A stretch of DNA of 64,000 nucleotides from an uncultured Candidatus Rokubacteria bacterium (GTDB lineage: Bacteria; Methylomirabilota; Methylomirabilia; Rokubacteriales; CSP1-6), in contig CAVVEU010000014.1 of assembly GCA_963747235.1 (NCBI GenBank), forward strand, positions 128,001 to 192,000, given 5' to 3'. The notes under the pieces are model-generated. The model did no database searches and was not told the origin of the DNA. It worked only from the letters and a program-made list of their open reading frames with translations. Each line of letters starts with the position of its first letter. Positions within the stretch are counted from its first letter, which is position 1. Made by a program: the position numbers and the translations under genes. This document shows positions 58,442 to 64,000 of the stretch, in pieces.

Positions 58442-60372
58442 ATGCCGGGCGGATACTCCCAGCAGCTCCTCGACGAGATCCGCTCCCGCGCCGACATCCT
58501 CGAGATCGTCGGCCAGGTCGTGAAGCTCAAGCGGACCGGGGAGAACTGGAAGGGCCTCTGCCCCTTCCACACCGAGAAGACGCCCTCCTTCACCGTGAAC
58601 CCGAAGCGGAACATCTATCCACTGCTTCGGCTGCGGCGCGGGCGGCGACGCCTTCAGCTTCCTCATGCGCCAGGAGCGCGTGGCGCTTCCCGGAGGCGGT
58701 GCGCGCCCTGGCCGACCGCGCCGGCGTCGCCCTGCCCGACGCGGGCCAGCGGGCGCCCGAGGTGGACGGCAAGCTCGAGGCGCTGCGGCGCGCGATGGCG
58801 CTGGCCGCCGAGTTCTACACCCGCTCGCTCTGGGAGCCCGGCGGCGAGAAGCCCCGCGCCTATCTCGAGCAGCGCGGCGTGGACCCGGAGGTGGCGAAGC
58901 GCTTCGGGCTCGGCTACGCGCCCGAGAGCTGGAACGCGCTGCTGGGCGTCATGGCCCGGCAGGGCATCGGCGAAGACGTCCTGGTGCAGGCCGGGCTGAT
59001 CCTCGCGCGCCAGAACGCGCCCGGCTTCTACGACCGCTTCCGCGGCCGGCTGCTCTTCCCCATCCGCGACGTGCAGGGTCGCGTGGTGGCCTTCGGCGGC
59101 CGCGCGCTGTCGGGCGAGGAGCCCAAGTACCTCAACTCGCCGGAGACCCCGCTCTACGTGAAGGGCCAGATGCTCTACGCCCTCGACGTGGCCCGCGATC
59201 GCGATGCGGGAGCGGAGCCGCGCCATCATCGTCGAGGGCTACCTCGACTGCCTCATGGCGCATCAGCACGGCTTCGGCGAGACGGTGGCCGCGCTCGGCA
59301 CCGCGTTCACGCCGGCCCAGCTCGGCCTGCTGCGCCGCTACGCCGACGAGGTGGTGGCGCTCTTCGACGCCGACGCGGCCGGGCAGAAGGCCTCGCTCGC
59401 GCCTCGAGGAGATGATGAACGACGTGATGGACCTGCAGAACCTCGGCTGGTCCGTCTCGCGCACCGGCGGCTTCGAGAAGGCGGGCCACCTGCCGATCCG
59501 GGTCGCGCTCCTGCCCCCCGGCCACGACCCCGACAGCCTGCTGCGCGCCGAGGGCGCCGCCGCGCTCACCGCGCGGCTCGACGCGGCGCGTCCCCTGCTC
59601 TCCTTCGTGCTCGAGAAGGCATTCGCCGACGAGGACCTGACCACGGCGCGGGGCCGGGCCAATGCCCATGCCCGCGTGGCCCTGATCCTCTCCAAGGTCG
59701 CCAATGCCGAGGAGGCCACCGTGCTGGCGCGGGAGGCCGCCCGGCAGCTCGGCGTGGACTCCACCCAGCTCTGGATCGAGGCCCAGCAGCTGCAGGGCGC
59801 CCGCGCGCGGGGTCGGCGGCCCGAACCGCCTTCCCAATCCGGGCGCGGAGCCGGGGAATCGGATTCCTGGCCGCCTCCGGTCCCCTTCGAGCGGGATCTC
59901 GTGGCCCTCCTCTTGCAAGTCGATGAGGCCCGGGCCGAGCTCCTCCCCGTGCTCGCGGATGAGGACGTGGTGCACCCAGGGCTGCGCCTCGTGCTGACCG
60001 CCCTGCGGCGGACGCCCGGCGCGCTGCCCGAGGCACTGATGGCCGAGCTGCCCGGGGGATCGCGAGCGGGGGCTGCTGGCCGCCCTCCTGGTCGAGGAGC
60101 GCAAGTGGGGCGATACACATAGTCACGTCGCGGAGCTAAAGAGGCGGTACCATATCCGGCATCGCAAACACCGGGTCCATCAGGTGACGCGGGCGATCAT
60201 CGACGCCCAGGCCACCGGGGATCCGGCGCTGCCCGCGCTCGAGGACGAGCTTCGAGGCCTGCAGCGTGACCTGCAACGGGAGGCGGAGGCGGTCAGGGAG
60301 CTGGCCCTGGCGCGCCCGGCGCTGCCGGACGAGTGGCCGATGAGCCATCAGCGTCAAGCGGACACACCCTAA
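58442..60372 (+). CDS. dnaG: DNA primase, several frameshifts
   Basis: LCPFHTEKTPSF, DRFRGRLLFPI, KYLNSPET, VEGYLD, FDADAAG and DPD. Confidence 0.93.
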
Positions 60373-60395
60373 CCCCACCAGGAGAACGGCGAGGC

Positions 60396-62214
<1,819 letters not shown>

Positions 62215-62243
62215 GCCCCGGCCGCGGTGGTATGATGGCCGCC

Positions 62244-62319
62244 GGGCCCATAGCTCAATTGGCAGAGCCCCCGGCTCATAACCGGTCCGGTCTTGGTTCG
62301 AGTCCAAGTGGGCCCACCA
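62244..62319 (+). tRNA. tRNA with CAT anticodon, probably tRNA-Ile2 (lysidine)
   Basis: GGGCCCA...TGGGCCC-A-CCA, loop CT-CAT-AA; lacks initiator features; lies after rpoD; TGGTATGAT -10 upstream. Confidence 0.9.
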
Positions 62320-62335
62320 TCACGGTCAGGTAGGG

Positions 62336-62386
62336 GCAGTGGCAGGGCGAGGCGCAGCCGAAGGCGAGCCGAGCGAATACAAGAAG
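62336..62386 (+). repeat. tRNA-trailing repeat family C, copy 2
   Basis: GCAGTGGCAGGGCGAGGCGCAGCCGAAGGCGAGCCGAGCGAATACAAGAAG. Confidence 0.85.
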
Positions 62387-62414
62387 CGATGGCTTCCGAG
62401 GCGAGTGCGAGATA

Positions 62415-63122
62415 GTGGACCAGAAGCTCCAGACACTGATCAGTCTGCAGGCGATCGACTCGCGCATCGCCGCCCTCGAGGCGGACGCCGCGCGGCTCCC
62501 TCGGGAGATCGCCGCCATTCACGCCGGGGTCGAGGACGCCAAGAAGCAGGTCGAGCAGGCCAAGGCCCGGATCGACGCCGCCCGCAAGGACCAGCGCGCG
62601 AAGGAAAAGGACCTGGAGGTCGTCCAGGCCAAGCGCAGCAAGAACGAAGCCCGCCTCTACGAAGTCAAGACCAACAAGGAATACTCCGCCGTCCTGATCG
62701 AGATCGAGGACATCAAGCAGGAAAAGGCCAAGATGGAGGAAGAGGTCCTGGTCCTCATGGAGGCCCAGGAGCGGCTCGCCGGCGACATCCGCGAGGCGGA
62801 GGCGCTCTTCAAGCAGCGCGAGGCCGAGGGCCGCAGCCAGGAGGCCACCGCCAAGGAGCAGCTCCGCGCCGTCGAGACCGAGCTGGCCGGGGTGCGCACC
62901 GAGCGCAAGGAGCTGGCCGGCCAGCTCCCCGGCCCCATCCTGGCCGACTACGACCGGATCCTGCGCGCCCGCGGCGGGCTGGCGCTCGTGCCGGTGACCC
63001 GGCCGAACTTCTGCGGGGCCTGCCGCATGACGATCACGCCCCAGCGCCTGCAGGAGCTCCGCGCGCAGGCGTCGCTGATCCCCTGCGAGTCCTGCGGCCG
63101 CTACCTCTACTGGCCGTCTTAG
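62415..63122 (+). CDS. Coiled-coil protein with C4 zinc ribbon (DUF164 / CT398-like)
   Basis: LQAIDSRI, long coiled coil, CGAC...CESCGRYLY. Confidence 0.9.
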   Translation: MDQKLQTLISLQAIDSRIAALEADAARLPREIAAIHAGVEDAKKQVEQAKARIDAARKDQRAKEKDLEVVQAKRSKNEARLYEVKTNKEYSAVLIEIEDIKQEKAKMEEEVLVLMEAQERLAGDIREAEALFKQREAEGRSQEATAKEQLRAVETELAGVRTERKELAGQLPGPILADYDRILRARGGLALVPVTRPNFCGACRMTITPQRLQELRAQASLIPCESCGRYLYWPS

Positions 63123-63125
63123 AGA

Positions 63126-63210
63126 CCCCCCTCACCCTGCCCTCTCCCCCTCCGGGGGCGAGGGTTTTCACGATCCCCTCTCCCCTCAGGGGAGAGGGCA
63201 GGGTGAGGGG
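63126..63210. repeat. REP-like palindrome (family B)
   Basis: CCCCTCACCCTGCCCTCTCCCC...GGGGAGAGGGCAGGGTGAGGGG inverted repeat. Confidence 0.85.
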
Positions 63211-63245
63211 CGAAGGTCCGATGCCGCCAACCTCCCGCCATCGTC

Positions 63246-63674
63246 ATGTACACGGACGGCGCCTGCTCGGGCAATCCCGGGCCCGGCGGCTGGGGCGCCA
63301 TTCTCTTCGAGGACGGCCGGGAGCTCGAGCTCTCGGGCGGCGAGAACCCCACCACCAACCAGCGCATGGAGCTGACCGCCCCGCTCGAAGGCCTCCGCTC
63401 GCTCGCGGGTCGCCGGCGCGTCGCCATCTACAGCGACAGCGCGTACGTCATCAACTGCTTCCGCGACCGGTGGTACGAGCGCTGGCGGAAGAACGGCTGG
63501 ATCAACAGTCAGAAGAAGCCGGTGGACAATCGCGATCTCTGGGAGCCCCTGATCGCGCTGGCCCTCGAGCAGCACGACGTCACCTGGCACAAGGTCGCCG
63601 GCCACAGCGGCGACCCGCTGAACGAGCGCGCCGACGCCCTCGCGCGCTCCGCGATCGTCCGCGTCGCGCGCTGA
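63246..63674 (+). CDS. rnhA: Ribonuclease HI
   Basis: YTDGACSGNPGPGGWG, TTNQRMEL, SDSAYV, N.DLW and H....NERAD. Confidence 0.95.
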   Translation: MYTDGACSGNPGPGGWGAILFEDGRELELSGGENPTTNQRMELTAPLEGLRSLAGRRRVAIYSDSAYVINCFRDRWYERWRKNGWINSQKKPVDNRDLWEPLIALALEQHDVTWHKVAGHSGDPLNERADALARSAIVRVAR

Positions 63675-63688
63675 CCGGCGGTTACCCC

Positions 63689-64000
63689 CTACCCGATGAA
63701 GAGGCCGCCGTTGGGCGAGAGCCACTGCCCCGTGAAGAAGGACGCGTCGTCGGAGGCCAGGAAGGCGGCGGTGGCCGCGATCTCCTCCGGCTCGCCCCAG
63801 CGCCCGAGCGGGGTGCGGGCGATGATCAGCCGCTGCGCGAGCGGCGACATGGGCTTGGTCATCGGCGTGTCGATGTAGCCCGGGCAGATCGCGTTCACCC
63901 GGATCCCGCGGGAGGCCACCTCGCGCGCGACCGCGCGGGTGAAGGCCAGGATGCCGCCCTTGGCCGCGCTGTAGTGCACGGCCGCCTCGAGGCCCATGAG
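63689..64000 (-). CDS. SDR oxidoreductase (FabG-like), 3' part only
   Basis: YSAAKGG, VNAICPG.IDT, PLGRWGEPEE and FTGQ. Confidence 0.9.
   Translation of the reverse strand, partial: LMGLEAAVHYSAAKGGILAFTRAVAREVASRGIRVNAICPGYIDTPMTKPMSPLAQRLIIARTPLGRWGEPEEIAATAAFLASDDASFFTGQWLSPNGGLFIG

Noticed and set aside
62244-62400. Integrated element at the tRNA genes
   Set aside because: No integrase, no duplicated tRNA 3' end, and flanking housekeeping gene order is intact.

Overview
High-GC bacterial chromosome window, mostly housekeeping. Gene content and style resemble Candidatus Rokubacteria/Methylomirabilota; this is an inference, not a marker-gene call. It contains mreBCD-mrdA-rodA-rng, ppa, two tandem csp genes, an ABC-F ATPase, AlkA/MFS/GNAT genes, two tandem KimA-like APC transporters, tatA, an ICL-family lyase, a sigma-54 activator, rpsF-ssb-rpsR-rplI-dnaB, groESL with CIRCE, an Fe3+ ABC system, MrfAB-like repair genes, rlmD, and the run DciA/TPR-ispE-tRNA-Gln-prs-rplY-pth-mutS2-dnaG-rpoD-tRNA(CAT)-rnhA. 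Many essential genes carry single-base frameshifts, most likely assembly indel errors. I saw no CRISPR array, prophage or transposase. The most interesting signals are small and mostly absent from the ORF track: (1) a structured minus-strand transcript (about 12055-12400) with a 13-codon ORF whose initiation region is complementary to about 38 nt of the 16S rRNA 3' end, including helix 45; (2) a leaderless hydrophobic uORF ending in RAPP directly upstream of tatA, a candidate ribosome-arrest sensor; (3) a four-hairpin attenuator-like leader shared by both csp genes; (4) a complete sigma-54 enhancer/promoter module driving a 57-aa Cys-rich protein; (5) rpsR with an apparent ATT start codon; (6) three dispersed repeat families.
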